Below, piece by piece: positions 39,409 through 51,625 of a stretch of DNA of 64,000 nucleotides (the stretch's first letter is position 1; each line of letters opens with the position of its first letter). The translations under genes and the position numbers were made by a program. The DNA comes from Felis catus (taxonomy: Eukaryota). The notes beneath the pieces are model-generated. The model had not been told where the DNA came from. It made no database searches and saw only the letters and a list, made by a program, of their open reading frames with translations. The DNA is taken from the NCBI RefSeq assembly GCF_018350175.1, contig NC_058368.1, positions 43,526,001 to 43,590,000 on the forward strand, given 5' to 3'.

Positions 39409-39449
39409 TCTCTCTCTCCTTTAAAGGGTGGCTTAGGAATATTTATTTT

Positions 39450-39585
39450 TAATCAGGGATTCATATGAGAATCAACTGTTAAACTTTCTCTGAAAAAACA
39501 TTCGTAGAACCCAACCTGGGGGCCTCTGATTTAGTAGATGTTGTGTGGAGGTCAAGGCATAGTGTGTTGTCTAACCTCCACAGAA
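39450..39585. mobile_element. MER5-like hAT fragment
   Basis: AGAATCAACTG...TCTGATTTAGTAG. Confidence 0.4.
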
Positions 39586-40953
39586 GGAAATAGTACCTAT
39601 TCCTTTATAAGATTTGTTTAATTACATGAGGGAATGCTGAGAATATATTGTAAAGTAAATAAAAGCAAATTATAACTTTTATTAACTAATTGCATTTTAG
39701 TTGTGTAGATTCCTTGCTAAACATTGCAAATTGAAAACTCATGCCAATGACAAAAACAAAAGGAATTTATCATAAAATAAATCCCTAATCAGGAAAAAAA
39801 TAATTACTTATGGGATTTTATAGATTTGGGCAATATTTTGTTATAAGTGAATCCCAAATAAGTGGAAAAGAGTCGCTTGCTTGGCAATTCAAAACACAAC
39901 ACAACAAAGCACAACAAAGGAAAACAAACAACACTAGCAAACAGTCTCAGAATTATTATTCTGTAATGACTTGTACGGACTCAAATAATCTCTAATAGTG
40001 AGTTACCAAAGGGGATTTGAAAGTTCATTATGACAAATTCCTAGAGCTAAGAAAAAAAAAATCAGACAGTCAGTTCTGCGATAATATCATGATGATGTTA
40101 TGCTCATTCTCAAGTCCCTGCTGTTTGGAATTTAAATATGTTTTGTTTTGAATATCCCTTCTATCTTGCATTCGAGCGGTTTTTTCACTAAAGAGACAAT
40201 TGATAACAGTGTATAAGTGTATCAATTATATTTGGAACTGTGAAGCTGTTCAGTTTAATTCATTTGAACAAGTACTATGCTGGCCTTTGTGAAATTAACA
40301 AAGTAGTGCAGTATCAGAAGGACCCAGAGAAAAGTGAAACTTTCCCAGTCAGTTTTTTTCCCAGTCAGGGAAACAAGCAGTTTCCCTTTTTTCAAACAAT
40401 TTTTTGTACTGATTTTTATCCATAAGCTTTAAATTACTTTTTAATTTTGCACTTATTAATGAGGTCATTTACTTAAGAAGTATGCATTGAGTGCCTTTTA
40501 TGTATGAAGAGTCAACAGGATAAAAAGAAGAAAGAGACATAGATCCTTTCTTCAAGTCAGTAACATTCTTCCAGGGGAAAACAAAATGTATGAAAATGTC
40601 TGTTTTCAAACAATACAGAACAATACTTGTAGGCTCCAGTCCTCACCTCAAAATTCATACCTTGTCTTTTATTTATTGAGAGGAATGATAAAGAAAAAGA
40701 ACAAAAGATACTGGAGGAGCCCAAATTGGAGATAGTGTCCTCACAGACAGGGGCCAGGAAAAATGTAACTGCTTCTTGGGGAAAATATCAGTCCAGAGAG
40801 GTGAACGCAGTGACTGGTGCCTAAGGATGACACTTGAGGAGGAAGTATCTATTCGGGATTTTATGAGGTTCTTTTTTGTTTATTTGTTTCAAGTTAGTTT
40901 TGTTTTGTTTTAATATGTGAGTTAAACCTTCTTAGTCATACTACAAACCTGTA

Positions 40954-41053
40954 TTATTTTTTAAGTAAGCTATACGCCCAAAGTGGGGCTTGAACTCATG
41001 ACCCCAAGATCAAGAGCTGCATCCTCTACTGACTGAGCCAGCCGGGCTCCCCC
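40954..41053 (-). mobile_element. Short old CanSINE (tRNA-like head only)
   Basis: TTTTAAGTAAGCT...GTGGGGCTTGAACTCATGACCCCAAGATCAAGAG...CTGAGCCAGCCGGGCTCCCC. Confidence 0.88.
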
Positions 41054-41744
41054 ACGCCTTTAGTAAAATGTATATGGTTCCCAAATTACTTGTGAAGAAT
41101 AATTAATTGTTTTTGTCTTCAGTAGAGCTTACATTTATTACAAATTCAAAGATATTGAAAGTAAATACAAGACAAAGTCAAATCTAAGATTACTAGGATA
41201 GATCCCTTCTTTATTCCCAGATATATATATTCTACATACCCATATGCAGTTCTCCCTCTTAACCAAAATGTTGCCCTGTGCCCTTACTAACTCTCAGAGC
41301 AGAGACATTGGCCCCAAACACAACAGCTTTTAGTTTCTTCTCTCTATCCTCAACTACAATATATGTAGTCTTAATATTTACATATTAAATTACTCTGAGG
41401 ATTATTTTTAGAAAAATAAATCACTTAATTCTGGGAAACTTCTTCCTCACTCATTGGGTTGAAATTTAGACATATAGCTAGTCAATTAGAAACATATTAA
41501 ACATTAAACATTGCATAAAAAACATTGTTTTTTTTTCTAATATAGCCTATTCAATTTTATCTGTAATCATCTTGTTTTGTTTTATACAATTCTGAAAACT
41601 ATCATTGGATGAAGTGATTTTTTTAAAAAAATATTTTATCTATAAAGGAATAAAAACAATAGACGAGCCCTAAATCCATTTGATAGATAGACTCTTTGCT
41701 AATCTGACATTCTTTAGTGTGATTGGGATAAAACTGTAATGCAT

Positions 41745-41749
<5 letters not shown>

Positions 41750-41775
<26 letters not shown>

Positions 41776-41986
41776 TTATTTTTAATGTTTATTTATTTTT
41801 GAGAGAGACAGAGACAGAATGCAAGTGGGTTAGGGGCAGAGAGAGAGGGAGACACAGAATCCAAAGCAGGCTCCAGGCTCCGAGCTGTCAGCACAGAGAC
41901 CGACGCGGGGCTCAAACTCACAAGCTGTGAGATCATGACCTGAGCCAAAGTTGGTTGCTCAACCAACTGAGCCACCCAGGAGCCCC
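41750..41986 (-). mobile_element. CanSINE with (ATTT)n tail
   Basis: TSD TAATGCATTTATT (41737-41749, 41989-42001). Confidence 0.96.
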
Positions 41987-42649
41987 AATAATGCATTTAT
42001 TAAATTTGAAATTTTAGTTAGGAATGAAAAGACCTATGTGGACAGATACTGTTTTTATTATTTCAAACTGAAGTATATATCTTTAGAATAAAATGTAAGG
42101 GAAAATAAATAACTGTGCTTTTAAGAAAAATAATTGCATGAAGTTCTACCTGAATATGTTTTACTGACCTCTCACCATGGTATAGGCACTAGTTCCAAAG
42201 GAGTTCAATAAAGTGTTGGTAATTAATTATCCAGGATTTTGTAATCTATTCTTCATCCCTTTTTGATTTGTGCATGAGTTTGGATTTTTAGTTTGGGACC
42301 TGGTCTTACACTCTTACATAGATTTTTCAACATTGAAGGAAAATGTTGAAAAGAACCTACTTATACTTAAATCCTAGACATGTAAAAGGCCAGAGCAGAT
42401 GTGTTTGTACTGGAATAGGTCAGGCCACAGAATGCATAAATACCTGACCTAAACAGTTAAGACTTTCTCTTGCAGAACATAAGGTTCAGTTATCAGATGG
42501 GTTGATTATGAGAAAAGGATGAATCTCTAAGAAATAAAATTATGCATTTTATAGATAGCATGTGAGAGATAGCAGCAGCCATAGCCCAGCATCTCCTTTA
42601 CCATCAGACAATTGATGTGACCAAAGTGAGGGTGGTATTCATATTGACA

Positions 42650-43100
42650 GCGACATAGTGGGAGATGAAGATCTTTGGGAGATGGAGTGCAGGAGAAAAA
42701 AGTGTCAAAGATGACACCTGTTACATTTGAAGAGGTTGTGGTAAGAATTGTAAACAATATTAGAGAAATGGGATCTGTTGTGGAGAAGTTTAGAGTATAC
42801 TTTCTAACATGTTTAGTTTAAAGTCCAAGGGAAGATGTTAAATTATGAGTAGGATGTATGAGTCTGAAAATCAAAGGAGAATTTTTCTGGTTGACATAAA
42901 TTTATGATTTTTTTGGTGGGTGACTGCTGTTTGAAACTCTTAATCTAATATGGTTCTTCTAGGGAAGAAGTACAGTGTGGGGGAGGGAATAGAAATCTTT
43001 AGGTAGAAACTTGAGAAATTCCCATCATTTCATGGATGCAAAAATTAATTTAAGCATGTGAAAGAAACTATAAAAAGGGTAATACTGTGTCATACACACA

Positions 43101-43140
<40 letters not shown>

Positions 43141-43620
43141 AAGAGAAGTATTCAGAAGTTATCAAAATGGTTGAGACTTGATAGGAGGTAAATTAGCAGA
43201 CTTTCAAATTTCATTAACTTAGGAACTTAGATATAATTTATTATCTTGGTGGGAATGGAAGTTGCTAGTGTCACAGGAGCAAGAGACAGATGATAACAGG
43301 TTAAAAAGGGGTTTGGATGTGAGAAAAGGGGGTTATACCTGCTGACCATTTTAGATTTAGGGCTACGTAATACAGTAGGGAGAAATCCAATTATTAGAGT
43401 TCATTAAAAAGGAAGAGAAAGAAGGGAAATTCTAGAGTGTGATAATCTAAAGAAAGTAGAGAAAATGAAATTCGAATCATGGACAGAGGAATTAGGTTTA
43501 AATTGGAGGGGCACATTTCCTGTTCTAACAGAAAAGAAGGCAATTAGGATGATTTAGTGGAACTCTACTACAGATTCAGCCTCACCATCGTTCCTGAGTG
43601 GATTATGAGTGAGAGAGGAA
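42650..43620 (-). mobile_element. Degraded L2
   Basis: GTGTCAAAGATGACACC, AACATGTTTAGTTTAAAG, GGATGTATGAGTCTGAAAATCAAAGGAGA resemble L2 reverse complement. Confidence 0.5.
43094..43138. repeat. (CA)n microsatellite
   Basis: Direct read. Confidence 0.95.
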
Positions 43621-43928
43621 GGAAGGCTGTAAACCAAAAAAAGACTTAACATGGTATCTGTCAACATCGGAGCCTTTAAGAATATTGCCTCTTTCTGCCT
43701 TTTTTCTTCCTTCTTTTCTACTTTCCTTTTTTCTTCTTCCATATTAATTTCAAATATAGTGCCTGAAAAATTACCTTGAAAATTTTTAAAGGTATGTCAC
43801 ATCTTTCTATCTGCACATCCAAGCTAACCACAAAATGACCGTTTCCAGTATCTCAATCCAGATATTAGCCTTTTCCTCCTATAATTCACCTACATTGATA
43901 CAAATGATATACAATATACAAATGATAT

Positions 43929-44165
43929 GAGACACAGCATGAGCAGGGCGGGGGCACAGAGAGAGAGAGACAGAGAGAGAGACAGAGAGAGAGACAGAGA
44001 GAGAGACAGAGAGAGAGACAGAGAGAGACAGAGACAGAACTTGAAGCAGGCTCCAGGCTCTGTGTTGTCAGCACAGAGCCAGCATGGGACTCAAATTCAC
44101 GAACTGCTAGATCATTACCTGAACTGAAGTCAGCTGTTCAACAGACTGAGCCACCCAGACGCCCC
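43929..44165 (-). mobile_element. CanSINE lacking its A tail, with expanded 10-bp (GACAGAGAGA)n
   Basis: GAAGCAGGCTCCAGGCTCTG...GAGCCACCCAGACGCCCC. Confidence 0.93.
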
Positions 44166-44325
44166 TCTTCCAAGATTTTATTTAAATTCAAGTTAGTTAA
44201 CATATAGTGTAGTATTAGTTTCTGGAGTACAACTTAGTGATTCACGACTTACGTGTATCATCCAGTGCTCATCCCAGAAGTGCCCTCCTTAATGCCCATC
44301 ACCCTTTCAGCTCCCCCGCCCCCAA
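44166..44325 (-). mobile_element. Carnivore L1 extreme 3' end (~160 bp)
   Basis: TTTATTTAAATTCAAGTTAGTTAACATATAGTGTAGTATTAGTTTC...CCAGTGCTCATCCC...GTGCCCTCCTTAATGCCCATCACC. Confidence 0.9.
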
Positions 44326-45344
44326 GGTTTCTCCTTCCTTCTTTTCTACCCTCCTTTTTCCTTCTTCCATATTAATTTCAAATGTAGTGCCTGAAAAATT
44401 ACCTTGAAAGTTGTTTAACAGTTTCCTGGCATTCTTCTATTCTCACTACAAGGTTCAAATCTGTTAGTGCCAGCCTTAGGAAGTTTTACTTGCCGACTCA
44501 AGGCAGTTAGTTACAAGCTACTTCTTTGCTCAGTCAAGTCTCCCTCCCTCACCAGGCTATAATTTCCTTGTAGGTAGGTAAAATACTGTATTAGCAGAAT
44601 GTTTGACACATTAAAGGATTTGTTGTGTTAATGAGCACTGGTTACTTGAAAATTGTTATGTTATATGCAGAGTAATGGTTTGTTTCAGTGAGCATTGATA
44701 GGTAACCAGTGAGCAGTGTTTTCTTGCTTTCATTCAGAGAAGCAGCTACTTTTTTTTCCTGTTTCATTCTTTAGTTGAACTGCTCTTTTTATTGCTGTTC
44801 CCACTCTAAAATTTTAGAAATAACAACTCTAGCAATATTACTGCATTAGGCTGTAAGAATCCTAATGCTGCAGAGACATTTGAAGGATACTATTTTTTTC
44901 TTGTGGTTAACATTTTTGAAAGATTTAGGGTAAAAAAAATTCACAAAAGTGCATTGCCACAGGCAGTTTCTTTCCGTATGAACTCCTCGGACATTGAAAG
45001 GTATAAGCATTACTCCCATTCATTTTACTGTGATGTATTTGGCAGAAAAAAAGGAATGTGGATAGAGTAGAGTTCAGAACCTACCTTGTGAACCCAGCTG
45101 CTAGGAGAGGTATTCTCAAATCTCTTGACTGTAACTGTATTATCTTGTAAATTTGCTAGGATTTGTGAGGTTTTAGGTGGAAATATCTTCCTTCAGTGAC
45201 AAAAAAAAAAAAAAACCCAAAAAACAAAAACAAAAAACCATAAACAAAACAAAACTAATCCCCACAAAGTTGGAGGTTCTTATTTCTCAGGGAGGAGGGT
45301 ACAGTTGCCAGGTAGGAAATAATTAGTTATATGGCAAAGATCTC

Positions 45345-45520
45345 AAGAGTAGGAAGAGTTATAGAGTCAGCTTCCAGGGCCAGCTTACTACATACTAGCT
45401 GTAACAACCAGGCAGATCATGTTTTAGAGTTTTAATTTCTAGCATCTGTAAAATGAATTATAAAATATAATGTATTTAGGGTCATCCAAGGAGGACATAC
45501 AGAATCATGTGTTTGGAATA
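45345..45520 (+). mobile_element. MIR
   Basis: ACTAGCTGTAAC...CATCTGTAAAATG. Confidence 0.6.
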
Positions 45521-45589
45521 ATAATACTTGGAATATTATAGATATATACTATCTTTATAATATTTAGGTTAAAAAATAAAGTCTATATT

Positions 45590-46490
45590 TGCCTCTTCCT
45601 ATTTCCAATTCTCCTCTCAACTTCTTACAACATATTTCTTCCTTTTAAATTATTTTTAAAGAACACTAGTATTCCATGTAATTAGTAACATCAGTAGAAT
45701 TTTCTTGGTTTTCATTTTAAATTACTTTTTTTTATTAGTAATGTCACCTTTTTTATATGTGAAGTTTCCATGTACACTTGGGGCTTTATATTTTGCTCTG
45801 TAGTCTAGTTTTGTGCAAATAGCAAACTGTTCTATTTACATTGGAAAATAACTTTTGATCCATCATGTAGCAAATCCTCATAATGTGCTGTTCTTCATGA
45901 AAAATGTTTTGTTGGCTCTTGGCCATCTGTATTCCTAGACACATTTTAGTATTGCCAATTTTCACTGAATAGAAAAAAAAATACTATTGGAATTTTTTGT
46001 TGGAATTGCATTTTATAGATTGAATAATTTGAGAAGATGGACATCTCTGTGCTATTTAGTATTAATGACATTTTATATATCCTTTCATTTCATTAGATTT
46101 TTAAATGCTTCTTAGTAAACCTTTACAGGTTAATTCACAAACTCTAAACACTTGTCTTCTATGTATTCTTCAATGTTTTTCAATATTTTTGCTGCTTCTG
46201 TAAATGGCATATTGTTTAAAATTATATTTGCTGTTTCTTGTGGGAATATGTAGAAATCAATATGATTTTTATAGATTGATTTCATGATTCAGCATCACAA
46301 AACTTACTTATTAATACTCATGATTTGTTTGCAAATTTGTTTGAGGTAGAAAATATTATCTGTGGCCAACTTATTTGACTTATTCAACTTGTTCAACTAT
46401 TATATATATATATATATATGCATATATTTTATATTATTTTATATTATTTGTTTTATTCCTAATTTTAGAAGAGAATGAGATGTTTATAAA
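45590..46490 (-). mobile_element. Old L1ME-type ORF2 fragment
   Basis: GTTGGCTCTTGGCCATCTGTATTCC...TTGGAATTGCATT...ATAGATT...TTTGAGAAGATGGACATCT. Confidence 0.65.
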
Positions 46491-46544
46491 ACACTATATA
46501 ACATCTTGCTCCATTTGAAATGCAGACTCTGTAAAGCAAAATAC

Positions 46545-46646
46545 GTACATATATAATATATACAAATATGAAAATGTATATATAAATATATAAAATATAT
46601 AAATATATAAAATATTATGTATGTATATTATATATACACATACATA
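46545..46646. repeat. TA-rich low-complexity tract
   Basis: Direct read. Confidence 0.85.
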
Positions 46647-47512
46647 CAGTTAAATATTGGTTTTCAAGCATAATTCATTCCAGAAACATGGTTATAATCC
46701 AAAACACTTGTATATCAAAATGAATTTGCACATAAGAAATAATGGAAACTCAGATGATTCATTCCACAACCCAAAAATATTCATATAAAAATGATTACAA
46801 CACTGTAGTGTAATAGAAAATAATAAAGGAAATACAAAATATAAAGAAAAATAAATTAACCTGCACTTATCTTTAAAAACTTTCGTGGCTGGTGTGAGAG
46901 AGACAAGAAAGAGGAGGATTATTGTGCGGGACGACTTTCAGTATCATTAACGGAATCACTGCTATCTATTGGCTCAATGAAATCTTTTTCTATATGGCAG
47001 CCATTGTATAGGCTTGCATGGATGTTGACTACAGTACAGTATTAATAAACTCTTGTCATTGTCATCTTCTCATTACATTTAAGGTAACGGACAATAAGAC
47101 ACCAGAGGAAAGGGTCTATATCTGCAGGCAGCCTGCATGACCTAAAATAAAACAAACTATTCCTAACAAGCTTACTTGTGTATGGAAAAGCAAACGACTG
47201 TCCATAGGTTCTTCCAAGTGACAAAAAACACACTGGTGCCAGTTGTGGGCACTTTCCAACGTTCTGAAAATTCACTGATTTATGCCAAACACCACACCCT
47301 GAGACTAAGCATCCGAGAATGGGAGATGATCACCCACAATCCTGCAGTGAGAGACAGAGAGAACCATTGGCTCAGTTGTGATCATGTGAAATTCAGCATC
47401 ACTTACTACTCATATTGCAAGACATTGCTCATTTGTGAAGTTAAAATTTATTAGAGGTGTTTGCTCGTCTTGCAGAACACTTGCAGAAAAAGTTACTTGC
47501 AATCCAAGGTTT

Positions 47513-47519
<7 letters not shown>
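46647..47519. mobile_element. ~870-bp non-autonomous Tigger/pogo-type DNA transposon (family not named)
   Basis: Imperfect TIRs CAGTTAAATATTGGTTTTCAAG / reverse complement CAGAGTAAAACCTTGGATTGCAAG; TA on the left, (TG)n on the right; no transposase ORF. Confidence 0.75.

Positions 47520-47548
<29 letters not shown>
47518..47548. repeat. (TG)n microsatellite
   Basis: Direct read. Confidence 0.95.
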
Positions 47549-47551
<3 letters not shown>

Positions 47552-47599
47552 AAACATTGTCTTGGGAAGGTTGTTCTTAAATGTAGTTACCTCATATAT

Positions 47600-48229
47600 C
47601 ATAACTAAAACAAACAAACAAACAAACAGAATGATAGGTGGGGGCATACATGAACCTAAATAGATGCAAGGTGTCTGAAGTTTATGAGAAAGGGCATAAA
47701 GCCAAACCAAATTAATTGTGTAAATGATATGCCTTGTATTTTGTAACTACCAAGAAACCACTAAAATAAAGTATAGCAAATAGACAAAATGGAATTCTAA
47801 AGGCAAAATTAAATATTAGAAAAGAATGAAGGAACAGGTGAACAAAGGAACGAAGTAAAATCGAGAGAGGAATAGAAAACAAAAAAGTGCTAGATAAATT
47901 TAATCATTACTAAATTTATTAAATGAAAATGAACTCTCTTCTCCAGTTAAAAGACAGAATGCTTATAAAATAAAACTCAACTACATGGTATCTACGAAAG
48001 GCAATCTTTTAAAAATGGACAGAGGTGTATAAAGTAAATGAATGGAAAAAGAAAGCCATGCAAGTGGTAATTTAGAAGACTAAATCCAACAAGTGTGAGA
48101 TGCAGTTTTGTCCAGGACACTACTTGACATTATGCTATATGCAAAAACTAATCTCAATAAATTTAGAAGCATATAATCTATATGCACATAGACAGTCTGT
48201 GAGTCAAAGAAGAAATACAAATAGAAATT
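47600..48229 (+). mobile_element. Old L1M inter-ORF and ORF2 endonuclease remnant
   Basis: CTCAACTACATGGTATCTACGAAAG...AAAGTAAATGAATGGAAAAAG..CCATGCAA (PTICCLQE...KVKGWKK-like). Confidence 0.6.
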
Positions 48230-48499
48230 TCTGATAGTTAATTTTATGTGGCAAATTGACCAGTCCAAGGATTGTCCAGATATTCGATCAAACATTTTTC
48301 TAAGTGTTTCTGTGGTAGTATTTTTGGATGCTACTAACATTTAACTTAATAGAGCGAGTAAAGCAGATTGTCCTCTCTAAAGTAGGTGGGCCTCATCCAA
48401 TTAGTTGAAGGCTTGAATAAATGAAAAAGCCCCACCCTTCTCTGAGTAAGAGAATTCCTCCTAGTTGGCAGCCCTTGAACTGGGATATTGACTTTTTCC
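48230..48499 (+). mobile_element. MLT2D-type ERVL LTR, 5' part
   Basis: TGATAGTTAATTTTATGTG...GTAAAGCAGATTGTCCTC...GGTGGGCCTCATCCAATTAGTTGAAGGC. Confidence 0.85.
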
Positions 48500-49757
48500 A
48501 TTACACATCTATTAGAATGGCAAAACTCCAAAACACTGACAATGTAAAATGTGAAGCAATAGAAACACCCATTCATTGATGATGAGAATACAAAATGATA
48601 CAGCCACTTTGGGTAACAGTTTGGCAGTTTCTTACAAAACCAAGCATGCTCTTCCGTATAGTTCAGCAATCACACTTGTATCAGTTACATTCTCTAGAGA
48701 AACAGAACTAATGGGATAGATACATAGATATGTAGAAAAGAAAATTTATTCCAGGCTTTGGCTCATATGATTATAGAGGCTGACAAGTTCACAATCTGTC
48801 ATCTGCAAGCTGGAGAACCCGGAAAGACAGTGGTATAATTCAGTCAGAATTCACATGCCTGAGAACCAGGGGAGCCAGTGGTATAAGTCCCAGAGTCTAA
48901 AGGGCAGGGAACCAGGAGCACCGATGTTCAAGGCCAGTGAAAGATAGAAGTCCCAATTCAATAAGAGAGAAAATTTGCCCTTCCTTCACCTCTTTGTTCA
49001 ATTTGGCTCCCAGTGGGAATCAAATGTTAATCCATTCCAGAAACACTCTCACAGGCACACCAAGAAATGTTTTAACAACAATTTCAGCCTTCCATAGTCC
49101 AGTCAAGGTGACACATAAAATTAGCCATCAAAATGCTGCTTGAAAACTTACGACCACCTAAAAACCTGTATAGGGGATGTCGATAGTGGTTATATTCATA
49201 AATGCCCAAACTTGGGGCAATCAAGATGTCATTAAGTAAGTGAACGGACAATTTTGTGGTATATTCAGATAATGAAATATTAGTCAACACTGAGAAGAAA
49301 TGAGTTATTCAGCCATGGAAAGGCATAGAAGAACCTTAAATGCGTATTACTAAGTGAAAGAAGCCAATCTGAAAAGGCTATATCCTGTTTGAATGCAACT
49401 ATATGATGTTCTGGAAAAGGCAAAACCATGGAGACAGTAAAAAGTCATGTTGCCAGGGGGTAGAGGGTAGGGAGAGATGAACAGGTGGAGCACAGGGTTC
49501 AGAGCAGTAGAACTATTCTGTATATTACATTTATGGGTACAAGTCATTATATATTTGCCAAAACTCATAGAATGTACAACACCAAGAGTGAACTCTAATG
49601 GAAACTATTAATTTAGGGTGATGATGTATCAATGTAGTTTCGTTAATTATAGCAAATGTACCACTCTGTTGAAGGATATTGATAGTGAGGGAGCTGTGTA
49701 TTTTAGTGTGTGTGTGTCATGGGGGGTGGGGAGGGGGGAAGTGAGAGATTTCTGTGG
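48500..49757 (+). mobile_element. L1MC1-type L1 3' portion, interrupted by MLT2B
   Basis: ATTAGAATGGCAAAACTCCAAAACACTGAC; ACTAAGTGAAAGAAGCCAATCTGAAAAGGCTA; CATAGAATGTACAACACCAAGAGTGAAC. Confidence 0.85.
48677..49130 (-). mobile_element. MLT2B-type ERVL solo LTR
   Basis: TGTATCAG...TTCTCTAGAGAAACAGAAC...CTGCAAGCTGGAGAACC...GTCAAGGTGACACATAAAATTAGCCATCA. Confidence 0.88.
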
Positions 49758-49789
49758 AATTAAGATTATAATTATATATAGATCTTCTT

Positions 49790-50160
49790 GAAGAATGAAA
49801 TCACTCAATAATGGTAGCTTAAACAAGGTAAAAAAAAAAGTTTAGATCTTGCTCATGAGGTCACCTGGAGTCATGTGGACCAGAGCTGATAGGCATCTCT
49901 ACAAAGTATGCAGGGACCCTCGTTCATTCCCTCTCACAATTCCTTAGGTATGGCCTTGATTTTGTGGGTTGAGATGACATCTGTTTTTTCCAAGTAGTGG
50001 GACAAAGGAGAAGAAACAACACGTCCTCAGGGATATCCCTCCTAGAAATGTCCTTCTAAGCTACCCACATTTTTTTGAGTTACATAACAACATCTAACTG
50101 GCAGCAAAGTTAGGAAAATAAATGTAATATTCTGGTATGCCGTGTACCAAACAGTATAGA
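49790..50160 (-). mobile_element. Old MLT1 (J/K-type) LTR
   Basis: AATAATGGTAGCTTAAACAAG...CAGGGACCC...CATCTAACTGGCAG..AAAGTTAGGAAAAT. Confidence 0.5.
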
Positions 50161-50369
50161 CTATCAGTATAGATGAAAACATGTATGTATTTATATATAA
50201 CTCTCAATTTTTCCACAGTTCCCATTATATATTCATGCTGTCCACACTTTCTAAATGCCAATATGAAGGTGAGGTTACATTTAGTTATGTGATTTATACT
50301 CTGGATAAAAGAATTATAGACTGTGTCTGTAATGAACATAATCACCTCTAGCATTGAGACTGTATCACT

Positions 50370-50435
50370 TATCCATCTATCTATCTAGATATTTATCATC
50401 TATCTATCTATCTATCTATCTATCATCTATCTATC
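50370..50435. repeat. (TATC)n microsatellite
   Basis: Direct read. Confidence 0.95.
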
Positions 50436-50599
50436 TCTTCCAGCTAAACATACTTACAGATGGATATTTATTGTTTACATTAAATTATTTTTAAATGGAA
50501 GAGAGGAAACTGATCATATAGGAAAGTCTTGGTGTATTATCATTTTCTAAGTGATCTGTAATCAAATAGGTTTGAGAATAACACCTACTAAAGAATACT

Positions 50600-50780
50600 T
50601 GTGACTATGAGCAAAAGTGTAGAATCAAATGCAGCTGGTTTCACATCCCAGGTCAAATACTTACTGTCTATTTAGATACTGCAGAAAATATTTAATCTAA
50701 GTGTCTCTGACCTTAAATATTATAATCTCTAGAAATAAGTTAGTATAAATTGGAGTTGCCATGAGGATTAAATAACATCT
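50600..50780 (+). mobile_element. MIR
   Basis: ATCCCAGG...ACTTACT...GAGTTGCCATGAGGATTAAAT. Confidence 0.6.
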
Positions 50781-50922
50781 ATGGCTATCACGATGATTAT
50801 TTACAACTAAGATAATCCATATTTGCAAAAAAAAAAGTTTAAGCTGAAAGTGTTTCATTATATATGAGTTAATTCACAGAAACTCCAGGAGGTCAAGGGA
50901 ATTAGGTCCACAGACTACAGAT

Positions 50923-51625
50923 TGTTCGCACAAATACAATTTAAAACAAGGCTTAATTCTCCTTATTGAATATAATGGAAGAGACTTCTCATCCTCTTTT
51001 TCTTAGAGCATTTACATTAGAAACTGTAATTATTGAGTACTTTCTCCTCCCTTTGAAATATATGTAAATTCTTTTGAAAGTATATAGATCTTTTGTGAGC
51101 TCTATTAGTCACTAATGCCTTCTTATGGAATCAGGAACCATCTAATTGAAAGGTAAACATTAAGGAAGATAATGCCTCTGTCTCCAGTTTCTCTGAGAAG
51201 GTAGGAGCGTAATTCCAGTGGGCATCCTTGCTCTGAGTTGCAAAACTACCTCCTGTGGTAGAGATAGGAGAAGTTTGTTTTTCCTCTGGATCAAGCCAAT
51301 TAGCTAACACAGATGGTTACCACAATACCAGGTGTATCTAGGATGAATGAACTGTGTGTGACAAATGGTGCTGTCAAATCCTCTTCCTTGAGGACTAGTC
51401 ATTGTTTTTCTCAAGAACATGTATATAATGAATTATATCTATTTGGATACATACAAGGTGAGATTTCTTTTTATCTTTGCACTCTCTTAGCAGATTGTCT
51501 GTGACATGCATCACATTCTGGCTGAATGCTTATTCAATAATAAAATAGTTTTCTTTCTCTATTACCTTTGTAGAGAGGTTTCCTGATTTGAAAGAAGATT
51601 TTGTTTTTATTATATTTCCCTCACA
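50923..51625 (+). mobile_element. MER90-like ERV1 solo LTR
   Basis: TG...CA termini with imperfect inverted ends (AAATACAATTTAAAACAA / TTGTTTTTATTATATTT); CACATTCTGGCTGAATGCTTATTCAATAATAAAA polyA region. Confidence 0.75.

Noticed and set aside
40954..41053. tRNA gene
   Set aside because: tRNA-derived SINE head with A tail; no complete cloverleaf evident
44963..45000. 38-nt micro-exon (AVSFRMNSSDIE)
   Set aside because: Poor polypyrimidine tract, weak donor (GTATAA), peptide not recognised
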